From positions 124,001 through 188,000 of the forward strand of contig RHPI01001132.1 of NCBI GenBank assembly GCA_009103225.1: a stretch of 64,000 bases of DNA, in the 5' to 3' direction. The notes beneath the pieces were generated by a model, which saw nothing but the letters and a program-made list of their open reading frames with translations, was not told the DNA's origin and ran no database searches. Origin of the DNA: Chlorokybus atmophyticus (lineage: Eukaryota > Plantae > Mesostigma and Chlorokybus algae). Of the stretch, positions 50,642 through 64,000 are shown one piece after another; the stretch's first letter is position 1; every line of letters starts with the position of its first letter. Made by a program: the position numbers and the translations under genes.

Positions 50642-53600
50642 GTAAGTGATTGCGACCCGCGCTTTACAAGTAGGTTTTAAGAGGCGCTGCATAGTGCACT
50701 GGGTACCACATTGAAGTTTAGCACGGCATTCCACCCACAAACCGATGGGCACACGGAGCGGGCCAACCGTGTGATCGAGGACATGCTGCGTTGCTACATT
50801 AATGCGCGACAAGACAATTGGGCGGAGCTGCTTGAGTTGGTGGAGTTTGCGATCAACCACCACCACAATGCAAGCACAAGTGTCACAACCTTCCTTATGA
50901 ACTACGAGCAACATTCATTGACACCGTTGACGGCATGGACACCGCAATGACATGACGTGCGTATGGAGGCAGCTAATGACTTCCTCACAAAGTGCGCGGA
51001 CATTAATAAGGCAGCTAGGGAGGCGCTATTAGTGGCACAAAATAGGCAGAAGCAGTACGCGGACGCGCATCGCCGACACCTCACATTGCAGGAAGGCGAC
51101 ATTGTGTTACTCTTCGCGAAGCATGTACATGTGCGTACGGGAGTTCGCAAGCTGAATGAACGCTGGTTGGGACCATTTAAGGTCAGCAAAGTTATCTTGG
51201 ACGTGGCGTACAAGCTGGAGCTACCCGACACCATGCGTGTGCACCCTGTTCTTCACGTCTCCCTTCTTAGGGCATATCGAGGACAACCGCCAGAAAGGCC
51301 GCCCTCCGAAGTTTGCATGAATGGTGAACCAAAGTGGGGGGCAGAAGACATCCTTGGTGAGAAGTTTGTGCATGGCGTGCGCAAGTTCTTAGTGAAATGG
51401 AAGGGCTATCCATTGCATGAAGCATCCTGAGAGCCAGAGGCACACTTGGCTAATGCTCGAGACGTCGTGCGTGACTATCTTGCTCGACGACAACCTCGCG
51501 AGCTTCGACAACGAAGCTCACTTAGGGGGGGAGGAGTGCAATAGTCAAGGCCAAATCTCGTGATTTTCATGGCCATTTCAGGCCTTATCTGAGATACCGT
51601 GTTTTTCATGACTTGTGGCCGATATCGGCGAATTGCGAGTTTGCCGCAGAGCTGCCGCAGAGATATCGATCGGCCCAGGGCCAGTCGAGAAGACGCCAAA
51701 AAACGGAGGGCCAGTCGAGAAGGGCTTGACCAGATTTCTGGAAGGGCCTGGCGCCAAGTAGTATAACTTGACTATATGAGCAGCAACTGAGGAGATCTTT
51801 AGTGCGTCGGAAAGGTCTATAAGTGTACTACAAGATTCTGCAAGAATACTTTAGCTTTTAATTCCGTTTAGCGCTAGAATCGTCAAGGCAGTAGCATGTG
51901 CAGACTGGTAGGTATAATAGTGACATTCTACAATTTGCAATACAACTTTTAGCTCACTAGTTTCTTGTATGCAAGCTTGGTGGTGGTTAGCAGGGGTTGC
52001 TAGCGAGTGTCCACTGGTGTGTGCTTGCTTGTGTGACGATCCAAGGCGCTACACAAGTTGGTGTGTAGCTTCGAGCGCATGCGCGTGCGTACGCGAGTGG
52101 CGGGGCGCGCGTGCGTGCTTGGCAGAGGGGGCAAGGTTCCGGTGTGAATACTGTGCCTTGGTGAGAGGGTTGTTAATTGGACCAACTCACAGGTAGCAAG
52201 GCACAAGCACCGTCACATTGGCTGCCATAACCACTCTACAACTCCCAACTCAGTCACAACTAGCGATTTTCAGTGACATGTGAGTCCTACCAGCGTAATT
52301 GAGTTACACCTCGATGTGCTGACCGTAACTCAGCTCCAATTTATAAAACATGACCACAAAAGCCTTCATATCCGATGCGTTGCGCCACTGACACCCACGC
52401 GCAGACTGACAGCTGCCTTAAATTACACTAGGGTCCGAACGAGGTACCGTTTATGAAGTCACCCACTACTTTTATATGACTTGATAAGGTACCAGGGGTA
52501 TATAATTGAGCATGTTCAGTAGGCAAGGCATTTAAGACTTGGGTCTACCTTGCCTTTGCGTGCTCGCTTGTGGGACTTCACATGGGGTGTTCAGGTGAGA
52601 GGCCGCGAAAGGGTGCTCAAGCTCTTTAACCTGAAGGTGTGGACGCTTGTCCTTGTGTAGCACTTGTGTGTGAGTGTGTACACTTAGAGGTTGTGCTTAC
52701 ACTCGCATGTGTGAGTGTACGTACGGTGTGAGACTGCTTGCACTTGTATATGAGTGCTGCTTGCATGAAGTAGAGTGCATAACCCATTTATGTAAGAGTT
52801 AAGTGCTCAAGCCTAGGGTGGCGTTATAAGAGAGGTGACCGGCGCTAGCTCGGCCGCTGCCGTGACTTTCTCGTCCTCCGCCGTCGCCTGCAGCACTGAT
52901 AGGCGGCTGCAAATACTTGTGTTTACTCCCGTTAAAATTTGTGCAAGACGCAGCAAACTCCGAGCTAAACAATCACTGCCTGTAGTTTAGCAACAGTAGA
53001 GCGCGCTAATTCTTGATACGAACCAATTGCGGTCGTTAACTCCCGGTGCGCAATCCGACTGATAGGCATTTTTGAAGTGGGTCCGATATGACGGCATCTA
53101 TCCACGTCGTTTACTCCTAATGCAAAACACCCGTTGCAGGTGACCCTTACGTGGCAGCAGGAGACAGCCTTTGCGTGGTTGCCGTGCAATTGGCGCACAA
53201 CGAATACGGCGGCTGAGTGCGAGCATTGCCAAGGCTAGCCGGCGATAGCGGCTAACCATGCCGCTATGAGAGGACCTAATGCTGCCGCATGCACCAACTA
53301 CGCTGTTGCCGCCGAGAAGAGGCGCCTTGAGACGATGATTGCCGCTGCTGAACAGGAGACGCTTGCACGCTGAGATTAAACTTGCCCACCCAATCCAATT
53401 TAAAACTGCGATTGGCACAACGCTAAGACCGTGTCTGCAAGCCATCCGCTAAAAATGCTCATTGTGCGGTCGCGCGCATAAACGACGAGGGTCGTGCAAT
53501 ATTGCGATTAAGTGCGAACACGGCCAAAGTGTTCAATGCTTGCGAACATGCAAAGCATGCAGAGCATGCATTGATGCCGATGCACTCCATTGCGCTTTAT

Positions 53601-55144
53601 AGTGAGCCAGCTGCGAGCGTGCTGTGCTGATATATGGCACAGCCTAGCAAAGTTTGATAACACGATACGACTGTGGCACAACTTCTCTTAAGATACTACG
53701 GTAGTGAAGTGCTTTATATCAGCCACGTCATGCACTAAAGTTGCATTTTGGCAGCCATGCAGGCGAAGTCGTAACAGCAGGCGGCAGCGGTGTCGCGTCT
53801 CGGGTTGATGTCAGTGCCGGACGTGGCATTCCTGCCACGGTCGCAGAGCCGCCCTGTCCAATGGCACTGCACAAGCTGATGTTCAATGATCACCCTTTCT
53901 GCTCAGTGGGTGGCTGCGCCAACTGGCGCTTCCCTCACGCCGGGCAGCGCATCGCACCATCTCATTCATTGAGGCACAAACGAACTGCTCAACATCAGTT
54001 GACATGAGGAGGCGGTTCGCACTTGATGATTTAAATGATTGGGGAACTGCACCACGCAGCGACAAAAGATATTTAGGCATGCCCCCCGGCGTACCGTACG
54101 GCATGCGCGAGAGAAAGCTCGAAAGGCATGGTGATGATGAAGATGAGGCAGCTGGAAGCGGGAAGGGCGAGAATTGCCGCCGCGCGTCTGACAGGGCGGC
54201 AACGGTGGTTAACTGCAGCCGCACGCAGCGCAGCGTCCAACCAACACGCAAAATATCAAAAGCTGAGCAGCGGAGCGGCAGACACCTCCATTGAGAATAA
54301 TATCTCTTACTACTGCCGCTGAGAGATCCTCGGAGAGCCTCACATGCGCCCGCCCAGGGAGCCGCTACTCACCTGTACTGTCCGGCGCAGGACGGCGCAG
54401 AACTAGTAGGAGACCGGTAATCGAGTGGTTGAGATGCGGCAATGTCCGATCTGCTAGGTCTGGTAGATGTGGCTATCCTCCGGCCAGTGGTCGCGGCTGT
54501 GGTGTGGAGGCAAGCGCGCAGGCGCAGGCGCAGGTGCTGGTGCTGGCGGCGGCGGCGGCGGCGGCGGTGGGTGTGGTGGTGGAGTCCGGGGCGAGCAGCG
54601 TGGCTGTCCTTTTGCTCAAGGTGAGGCCGCTTGCCCTTTGTGTGTCGTGGGTGAGGGCGTTGTGGGGGACGACAGGCCAGGGCAGGGGCTGTGCACATGT
54701 TGCTGTTGAACATGCTTCCCGTGGTTGGACGGGGTTGTCTTAGTGTGTCGCTGTGCTGCCATCCACCAAGCTTCCGTGTTCTTATTGTCGCTAACGCTGG
54801 ACAGGCAGGCAGGTCATGATAGCCACAGTGCTTGCCCTTAGTCAATACTAGCTGAAAAACCCTAGTGACAAACCCACCACATGCCATGACATTATGCACC
54901 TGCACGCAGGTTTCATAAGTACCCAACTTGCATAAGTGAAGGGTGACGAGCACATTTCGCCGGGAGACGTGTCGGGCGTTGACTTGTCTGGCAAGGCCAG
55001 TTGTAGTCACAGCGGAGTTCAGTCAGGACAACAAGGGCGTGGGGTCTACATAATTGGAAAGATTCGTTGTGATCAACCTTGGCGTGCGCATCGTGGTCGT
55101 TGGCAGCTACAAGAAAACTACAAGGACAGCCACAATCCATCACA

Positions 55145-56179
55145 ATGCGCATGCTTTGTGATGTCTGCGAGGGTGCAGCTGCGAGGGTTTTCTGCGCAGC
55201 AGATGAGGCTGCACTCTGCCATGCCTGCGATGTAAAGGTGCGCTGTTGTACCGTTTTACTTCTTGGTTTTCTTGTTTGCGTGTGGTCACATGTGTGCGCG
55301 CGCGTTAGCAACCAGAGTGAAGCCACATCTTGTGTGCCATGTGTTGAACCTCTCCCTCCCATGGCCAGGTGCACGGGTGCAATAAGCTGGCGAGCCGACA
55401 CACGCGAGTGGAGTTGGCCGAAGCACGGGCCGCACCCAATTGCGACATTTGCGAGGACGCGCCTGGTCAGTAATGACTCTCTGCGCAGCTGCGAATCCAC
55501 AATGCAAGGTTATTGCCATTTACTCATCCAAATGTTGCGCAATGCAGCTTTCTTCTTCTGCGCAATCGATGGCACGTCGCTGTGCCTGCAGTGCGACATG
55601 GACGTCCATGTAGGGGGCAAGAGCTCGCACGACAGATATCTGCTGTTGGGCCAGCGAGTTGAGGTCAGTCGCATCCACTTCACGCACCTGCGTCCTCTCT
55701 TTGTCAAGTGGATGCAACACATGAGCATGCACGTGCGTATGTGCTCCTGCGTGCACATATAATGCCAGATGGATCACAACACTTCTTGGCCATGTGTCTC
55801 ACGCTATGTTCCATCAACTGCGCAGGCTCCGTCAACTGATGTGAGAGATGCACAAAACCTGGCAGTGTCTCCCGTGTCGAGTTCAGGGAAGGAGGCTGCC
55901 GACGGCGGCGATACCAACCACGGCGCAAGCAACAACCACACCCACACTCATAACCACAGCCATCATCACAACGGCAGCAGCGGTGGCAGCAACCGTCCCC
56001 CTCGCAAGCGCCGCGTCACGGACTGGACCTCCGATTTTGACGATACCAACCTGGCCGTCGTGCCCGAGATGGGGCCCAAGGCTCTGGCGGCGCTGAGGGA
56101 AGAACAACACAACCACCATCACCACGACAACAGCAACGGCAATGTAAGCAGTGGTGGCAATGGCACCAACAGCAGCAGC

Positions 56180-56212
<33 letters not shown>

Positions 56213-56290
56213 TCCTCCTCACACTCGCGGCCACCCCCTTCTCCGTGGAGCTCCAATGACAGGAAATCCAACCTCGGGAAGACGCATTGA
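55145..56290 (+). CDS. BBX19: Double B-box zinc-finger protein, BBX18/BBX19 (DBB1)-like; exons 55145-55237, 55369-55465, 55548-55663, then 55769 (or 55827)-56290
   Basis: Spliced with GT-AG introns in consistent phase: [102 protein letters not shown], close to the Arabidopsis BBX18/19 N-terminus as I recall it. The last exon acceptor is uncertain. Confidence 0.88.
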
Positions 56291-56875
56291 AGGAAGCACA
56301 CAACATTCATTGCGGGCATCGATGGCGACATCAGAGTCTGCAAATCTGACCTGAAATGCAGGAACTGGTCATCTGAGGAGTTGCGGGGAGGCCTGAAGGC
56401 GAGGGGTTGTTGCGCTCGGGGTCAGGCGTTGCGGGGATTGTTAGGAGTAGTATAGGAAAGTGGAATGCGTACTGTGTAGATATGAGAGTGTGCATGCGGA
56501 TAGTAGTAGCAATATATGTAAATTGTGTACAACATGTGCCAGTGCAGTCCTCAACAAGGTAGATTCTTTGTCCATTAATGCCTGCATTGGTATGTATTTT
56601 CGTGTTCTTCATGGTGAAACCCCAACCAGGCGCTGCACATTCAGTACTTGTATCACACAGTACGGCGCTGTAGCTGGTGTCTTTATCGTTGCAAGCAAAT
56701 TTCCCAGATGACAACAGCAAGATGCATTCACATGTGACACAGCTTGCTAAATATGTACACAGCTTGCTCACAGCGCCATCAGCTAATCTGAAGTTGTATG
56801 GCTGGAAAATACAGCTCAATCTAAACATGACAGCAACACACTGTCCTTGCACTGGTCCACCGCATGTGGAACTCA

Positions 56876-58563
56876 TCAAGACATCGCCATCTGCTGCCGC
56901 CTTGAAGCACGCCTCTTGACCTTTCTTCTTCTCCATTGCTGCAATCGTGCCGGCTCAACTCGACCCATAGAAAACTCGAACAACCCTTCGGGCGGTCTGA
57001 ACTCGAAGGCAGACTCATCCTCCCCAGCGGCAGGCTGTTCATGCGTTAAGCTGGCAGAATAGTCTTGCATGTTCCCGCCGTCCTCAGAGAGACCACGCGC
57101 AAGTGTGTCTAACAGCAATCCGCTGCCTTGTGGCACGCTCGTGGCAGAAGAGTATGCAAGCGCTTGCAGCCGCACTTTCAACGAGCCAGTCAAACAAAGC
57201 TTGCGCCGCATGTCTCCATGCAATGCCAATCTGCGCAGCAGCCGTAACGCCGCCTCATGGATATCGCCGTCGTGCTCGGGACGCAGCAGCTCCACGCAGG
57301 CGCTGGCGACATCCGTGTGGTTGACCTCAGCGAGGCAAATGCGGCAGATATCGCTGCCAGCAAGGTTGCTCATCACACGTGCGGCTGCCAGCTGGCTCTC
57401 GGGCACGCGCAGCAACCGAGCGAGTTCGGTCAGCAAACCGCTGACAGAAATGGATACCTTGGCCTCGTTGTTGTCGAATGTCAGCTGCGTGAGGAGTTCC
57501 AGTACGCGGGAGCGAAGCTCTGCGGAGGTGGGCATCTGCAAGATGTCCACAATGGTCGGGAGCGTGTTGGGAGCTTCGGTAATGTGCTGCTGCCAGCCAG
57601 AGTCGAGAGAAAACCACATCAACGCTTCAGCCGCTGATATCTGCACGGCAACCTGAGACTGGGGTCAGCCACTTGCCAAACTCAAGGCAGGATGAACTGT
57701 TGTACAGGAACATGCGTGCGTGTACACATGTGCACACACGCATGCACAGAGAAACACATAAACACGCGATCGCAACCACACACACAACCGCACCCAGATG
57801 CACGCACGCACGCACACAAGGCAAGGTGTGCAGGGTGTAAATGCCAACCTGTGAAGCGCGCAGCAGTGATGTGAGCCTTGGCACCAGCCTCTCTCTCTGC
57901 GACACCAGTGCATTGCGCCCATCCTGGCTTCGAGCGCGCGATATCACCTCCTCAATAAACCTGCACACACGGACGGTCACTTCTCCTTCCCCATAACAGT
58001 CCAGTACGACTGAAACAGTACACAACACCAGCAAGAAACAACATGATGTGTCACCTGCATTCGGCGCGGGCTGCAGCGGCAGCGGACTCGCGCACGAGCT
58101 GCTCTCTTTGCGTGCGGCTGCGAGGAGGAGCAGCAGCCGCATCATCAACATCCTCATCACCCTCATCCTCATCACCGTCCTCCCTTGCACGTCCCTTGCG
58201 ACTCTTCCGTGCGAGCCACTCCTCGATGGCGTGGCGCAGGCCGTAGTTTGGTATGAGTTCGAGTGACGCGAGCGGCGCCCCCGTGACGGGGCAGCTGCGG
58301 TGGCCGCGATCAAACCACGCGCGCGCACTGGAACGATCAACCGTCTGGTGGGTCGCCGCCACGATCACGGGGTCGCTCATCACCTGGAGAGACACCGGAC
58401 ACACGAAGCTAGAGTACAGAGGCTCCTGGTCCTGACCCTCCCTCTCCCTCTCCTTCTCCCTCTCCATCTGCCTGTCCAGCTCTGCTCTCTCATTCGGGCA
58501 TGTGCTTCTCCTCCCTTGCTGCGAGCGCGCTTTCTCAACCCGGCTTTGTCCTTGAACTCGCAA
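56876..58563 (-). CDS. U-box / ARM-repeat E3 ubiquitin ligase (PUB-like); exons ~58467-58055, 57960-57849, 57652-56876
   Basis: U-box FVCPVSLQVMSDPV...CPVTGAPL...LIPNYGLRHAIEEW; ARM-like helices downstream; phase-consistent GT-AG introns. 5' start uncertain (ATG 58467 or an upstream exon). Confidence 0.82.
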
Positions 58564-61332
58564 GTTCCTGTCGGTCAGTGCAAGCAGTCAGCATGCATGC
58601 TTTGGCTTTGGGATAGACTCAGCATGCGTGTTTGGGTCTGGGAAGGAGAACTGTAGTCAAGGTGTGTTGCATGCGTCGTGGTGGTGGGTCATGGCAGGTT
58701 TGTCCACACAAACAGCAATCACTACAACAGAGCTCAGTCTGGGCAAAATCCACGTCAGATGTGACTGGCCACTGGCTGTCAGCATGCACACGCATGACTG
58801 AAGAGATCGTTCACATGCGATAGAAGTTTTCGCCGTAATTCTGTGTGTGGTTGCTGCGGCATATATGCACATACGGCACAAGCACGAGCCGTCACCGCAA
58901 TAACGCACGTGTGGATGCTCTGGAGCAACTACTACGCCGCCTTTTCGTTACGTATGTAAGCAGCTGACATACAACAGCTTACACTAAGCTGACGTGCAGA
59001 ATCAAGACCTTCTGAAGGAAAGCAGCAAGCTAGCTTCACCACCTTGGATTGGTTTGGTTTATGCGCGCAGAGCAGCAGCTGTCAGGGCGCAGAATCTTGG
59101 GGACTTGCTTATTGAAGACCGTTTGTCAAACCGAGTCTGGATGACAGGGAACGTCTTGTTAAACCGCACACCGGCACCGGCACCGGCAGCGACAGCGCCA
59201 GCGCCGCCGCCGTCGCCGTCGCCCTCGTCGCTGCACACAACAGCGTCTTGCTTGCGCAAGCGTCATGCCATCGCTCAAAGGTGACGCTCGCGTGATCAAG
59301 TTGGGAGAATGCCGCCGCACTGGTTCATTGGATGGGGCGCCTTGATCATTCATCTAAAGATCACCCAGTGTAACACCAGTGGTGTTGTCCTTGGCCCATG
59401 CCTAGATACCAACATCGATGCAAGAGCAAGCAAAGCGTAACAACAACATGCGTATGTAAAGCAATATAGATGCAAGTGTGGTGCAAAAGCAGTGTCAAGG
59501 CAGGCACACACACAGTATTATGAGAGGGGGAGGGGGAGGGGGGGGGGACCAGCGCTTGCAAATGTATATTGAGTCCATGTTTTCACTAGCAAGATTATAA
59601 AAGGAGGCGCGATGATAAATATGAAGGGCAGTGTAATATATTCATTTGCTTACACGGATGGTGACGACATGCACGAAGTGTTGCAATTAGTCACGCAAAA
59701 GAGCTAATGCGGCTCTTTTTTGCTTACATAACTTGATCTGGGCTGTGAACAACGAGATCCCCCCCCCCCCCCCCCNGCTGAGCGCCCACATGTTTATTTG
59801 TATTGCATAATGACATTGCCTTAACTATAATGACAACATAATGGTATGCCCCTTTGATATGGATCGTATTATTATACAGCTTACGTGTTACATATCATGG
59901 CGCTTTGTCAATGATCATTACAATTGTGTTGCAGTTGTCACGGAGGCTTCGTGACAAAGACAATGCAAAATGTTTAGCAAAAGCTACAACATGACAACAT
60001 GAATATATAATACAGAGTTCTTTAAAGGTCAATAAGGTTCTGAGAGACAAGGGCATGTACAAGTTAAGAATTGACCGACATACCATCCATTAATGCTTCA
60101 TACATTATATTATCAGCTTACTTGTAGAATATTGTTTCATGAGTAAATAGAGCAAACCTATTGCATTAATACTTTATGCACACCTTGTTTATCATGCGTG
60201 ACGCTACCTTGTAATCAGGGAGCGTTAATGTACATCTCGTGAAGACATGGCTTGATTGACCACCGGTAATTGCTATGCACGGATGGCTGTTCATCAACGC
60301 TTTGTAATAACTTACTGCAAGATTGTATGTAGGTTTTTTGTGTTTGCTTGAATCCATTCCACAATTTTTCAAGTAACCGTTACAATGTGTTAGTGGATAA
60401 AGGTGGGTCTTTTCATCAAAAATAATGGTGCATCATGAACGGAAGGAGGCACCTGATAATACGAGCATAGCCAGCATTGCCAACTTGTATGAGCATAAGT
60501 TACTTAGTTAACAAGTGTGTTCAAATGTGAATTGCACGCAATGCTACATGTGAGTAATCTCTACCTCTACTCTTTCATAACTACCTACAAAGCATGGCCC
60601 CCACAATTGCTGACCGTTGGCAACCAACCCTACACTACCGCACTGCAACATGTGACTGTGGGCGCGCGCATACATGTGCATGTGAATAGTTGGGCATGGC
60701 TGTGCATGTGTGTGCTCAAGAACACTATCGTTACTAGTACATGCATACTCATCGTGCCAAGATGTGTGCATGATGTGCATGCAGGCAATGGCTGCGACAG
60801 TGATGTACCACTCCATCGAGACTTCTGCCATTAATGGTGTAACAAATGTGGACATGGTACTCAGCCAACAAGTTCATATGGGAGTTGTATGTGAACGTAG
60901 TGGACTCAATTGCTTGATGCAAGTACAGTACGGGCGTGGACTACAAGTTCAGGCAATCTAGGTTGTAAGCTATTATACATAGAGGTACGATGAGTGTACA
61001 GTCTCCGACTTCTGCTAACTTGGCGGATGCTTCCCAAGAGCGGCCTGCAAGCAATGCTGTTGGTACCAGCCCGCAGAGACACATACAGGAAAGGCCTGCT
61101 AGCAAAGGACCAAAACACACACAACCATACCATTAACGCTTCTACCCCCCACTGCACGGGTATGCCTGTTGCAATGCACGTTTGCGCTTAGCAGAGTGTG
61201 GTAAGCAGCTACGCACGCACACTCAAACTCGACTGCTCTGCTTACACACACACTGTACCATTCTGTACATACACACCCCCACCCACCCACCCACCCACCA
61301 GTCCCTTAGCCTCCAGGTGCTTCGCCTGGGCG

Positions 61333-61530
61333 TACCTGTTCAGGGCTGCGTTCCAGCGACAGGGAGCCGCCGCTTGTCATAGGTGACGCCGAGGCAATGG
61401 CGGCTGTGGAGGCGGCCGGGGCATTGTGAGGCGTTGATGTCGTTGACGACGCTGACGACGAGGTGGACGCCCTAGCTGAGGATTTGCTCCAGGGCAGGTA
61501 GGCCGCCGTTACCACACAGGGGATCGGCAT
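61333..61530 (-). CDS. Possible first exon of an unidentified gene
   Basis: GC-rich Ser/Ala-rich ORF from ATG 61530 ending at a good donor (CAG|GTACGC). No recognisable domain; downstream exons not established. Confidence 0.2.
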
Positions 61531-61794
61531 TGGGCCTGAGCTTTGGCTCGCTACGGCGATGGGGCTCAGCTGGCCGAGAGTGCGCCTGCTCCCTCAGCCT
61601 GGCCTGGTCCGGCCTGGGTAAACGCCCGTTTGCCAGCCAAACGTATTGGCACATTGATGGCGTTTTCAGCGTCATGCGTGACGTGGGGCGTGTGCCCGCC
61701 GCGTGCTCACCAGATAAAGCCAGCAAGAGTGCGTATAACTAGGTCTAGGGCACCCTTGCTATAAGTTGCATCGCCGCAGTCTGGTTGTTATGAA

Positions 61795-62086
<292 letters not shown>

Positions 62087-62917
62087 NTCTTACCACTTGT
62101 GGCCTATTGTATACCTAGATTGTAGATAATGACACAAGTTGATCAAAATTATTTATAATATGTTTAAGCCTATTTTAGGTGTCAACATTGAGTTTGTGTG
62201 GCGTATGTTTAAAAAAAACCTCGTTTCTGTGGTTGGTGCAACACGCATATAATGCACCACTGTCGTATACAACCTAAATTTGGTTCATGTACAACAGTGC
62301 CCAATGCGCTTCAATATGCAAATACCAATGAAAGGTTGCATACCGTATTTACCTCACAGTGCCCCTTCGATTATATTTACGCCCTTCAATTTCCCAAGGG
62401 GGCACGCTGTTGGGCTGTACTATGCCCCCTGCTCGTATACCATGCATAAACCCCATAGCTATGAGTTTACCCATAAGTATCAGTACATTATAACTGAGTT
62501 ACGGTTGTGTTACGTACTTAACCATGCTGGGTTACAAATAAACACAATCAAATACGGTGCGTCAACGTAATCTTGATCTGCAATGCCCCTTCCTTATAGA
62601 GTGCCCGCCAAAATATAATTACCCCTTCATACATTTTGGGGGGGCACTATGTTAGAAGGGGGGCGCTATGAACGAATAAATATGGTAAGCTAACGGATTT
62701 GTCTCTCGACCATTACTATCCACACTCAATCAACGAGGCATGATCTTCTGCTCAATAGCTGCTCGCTAATGATTACACACGTAAATATCGAGTTGGTATC
62801 ACTTCATTGAATGCAATGCATTTTTCAACTTTGCAAATGGCATGTCATGTGTATGTACATATGTGGCTCTTGGGCAAACATGAACTCTACTTGTACACAA
62901 GCATTGACGACGGAAAT

Positions 62918-63906
62918 CTAACACCCTTTGACACCCAACACGAACACACGCGACCGTCTTTGATACCCATCGCTCTCAGGCACACCACCACCTCCCTTCG
63001 CATCAAACTCAGCTGCACCCTCCTGATTAGCAACAAGGCCCATCACACCCGCAAACCTCTCGCTCTCGTGCAATACGCGCAGACCGGCGCTGTCAGCCAT
63101 GCGGCGCAAATCCTCATGAGTGATGCTGCGCAGAGACCAGCCTTCTCTCGCAGACCATTCGATCGTAGCTTCTTCCTGACTTGTTGCTTTGAGTTTGATG
63201 AGTCGGTACTCGTCGAGGATGATGATGTCTGCCGGCAGCATGCTGTCGGTAGCATGCTCGCGAACTCGCCTGACGTGCACGCGCTCGTACTCACCGGTCG
63301 TTAGCACCGCAGACGCCTCCTGCATGCACATGCAATCATGTGCACATTCGCACACTGCATCAACTTACCATCCAAGCCTTGCAATGGATGTGTTACTCAG
63401 CTGCAGCTTGCAATTTAACTTCCTTGTCCTTGAATCAAACCCGTGTGGCAACATGACACTGACAGTTGCACCTTGTTGAGCTCTTCATACGACGTGAACT
63501 CCTCTATGCCAAACAGGTTCAAAACGGCGCGCGAGTCCGGGTGCGGGAGCATATGCCAATGTAAATTATCCATCAGCTGCTGCTGCGATGCTCGCGCCAA
63601 CAAGTGATGGATGGACCCCGCGCACAGGAACGCCACATCAACCGCCTGCTTGATGCTCTCATCCCTCATCTGAGACATGTCCCCTTCGACCCATCTGATA
63701 GAGTAGGAGTCTTTCCGCTCATGCGCGATGATGGATTGATGAACTTGCTGGAGTTTGTGTCTGGCTTCTGCGATCATCAGCGGCGAGGAGTCGTTAGCGA
63801 TTATCCGCAGAGTGAATGGCTGCACCAGCTCGCGCGCGGCTTCGGAAAACCACCAATGCAACAGAGCCAGGATCACGCGGCCCGTACCCGACGCCAAGTC
63901 CAGCAC
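62918..63906 (-). CDS. Class I SAM-dependent methyltransferase, last two exons (63906-63472, 63319-62918); 5' part not identified, probably outside the window
   Basis: Motif I VLDLASGTGR, IIANDSSPLMI, WVEGDM, GSIHHL; phase-0 GT-AG intron; ends SRVFVLGVKGC-TAG. Confidence 0.85.
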
Positions 63907-64000
63907 CTGCAACACAATCAACATCGGATTCGTGCAGTCGCTTATATGTCATAATTGACTATTCGTGAAGCCTGCGCAGTGCTTGCTGCTTGTATTGTTG

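Larger units (their letters stand above)
38525..52217 (+). mobile_element. Ty3/gypsy chromovirus 2 (decayed) carrying three nested insertions
   Basis: TSD TTGGC; LTRs 38525-39194 and 51537-52217; gag ~39300-40200 (CYVCGSIEHLA*GC); PR MIDSGANSNF; RT YLDD ~43015; RH ~45180-45650; IN ~45900-46267 and 50642-51300; chromodomain to ~51500; PPT GGGGGGGAGGAG. Confidence 0.92.

Noticed and set aside
52950-54750. Protein-coding genes from the short GC-rich ORFs upstream of the B-box gene
   Set aside because: No domain similarity, and several overlapping frames are open because of GC-rich microsatellites; may be 5' UTR or promoter (possible donor at 54621). Needs RNA-seq.
59695-59724. Helitron 3' end or intrinsic terminator hairpin
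   Set aside because: No CTRR end downstream, no Rep/helicase nearby, and bacterial terminators do not apply here.

Overview
Eukaryotic, green-lineage DNA, probably an alga (inferred from the gene set and intron style). Bases 1 to ~52,200 are a nested retroelement cluster; ~54,000-64,000 is a gene island. The cluster holds: (i) two different tyrosine-recombinase (YR) retroelements with split direct repeats (A1...B1-A2-spacer-B2, PAT/TOC1/kangaroo type) at 1396-7817 and 17265-23392; (ii) two chromovirus-type Ty3/gypsy elements, 26296-32764 (TSD CCCTT) and 38525-52217 (TSD TTGGC); (iii) a decayed full Ty1/copia element at 46268-50641, three gag-only ~2.3 kb copia-derived elements and several solo LTRs; the intact PBSs match an internal part of tRNA-iMet; (iv) assembly artefacts (poly-C/G runs, most ending at a single N). 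The gene island has a BBX18/19-like double B-box gene, a U-box/ARM E3 ligase gene and the 3' part of a SAM-dependent methyltransferase gene. Top observations: removing YR element 1 rejoins a 75-nt tRNA-like sequence split inside its Pol III A-box, and the element's own junction resembles an A-box; one chromovirus has a Dam-like domain remnant before its protease; a circularly permuted single-LTR fragment (IN-chromo-PPT-LTR-PBS) sits inside another gypsy pol between 7-bp direct repeats. All calls are by eye, with no database searches.
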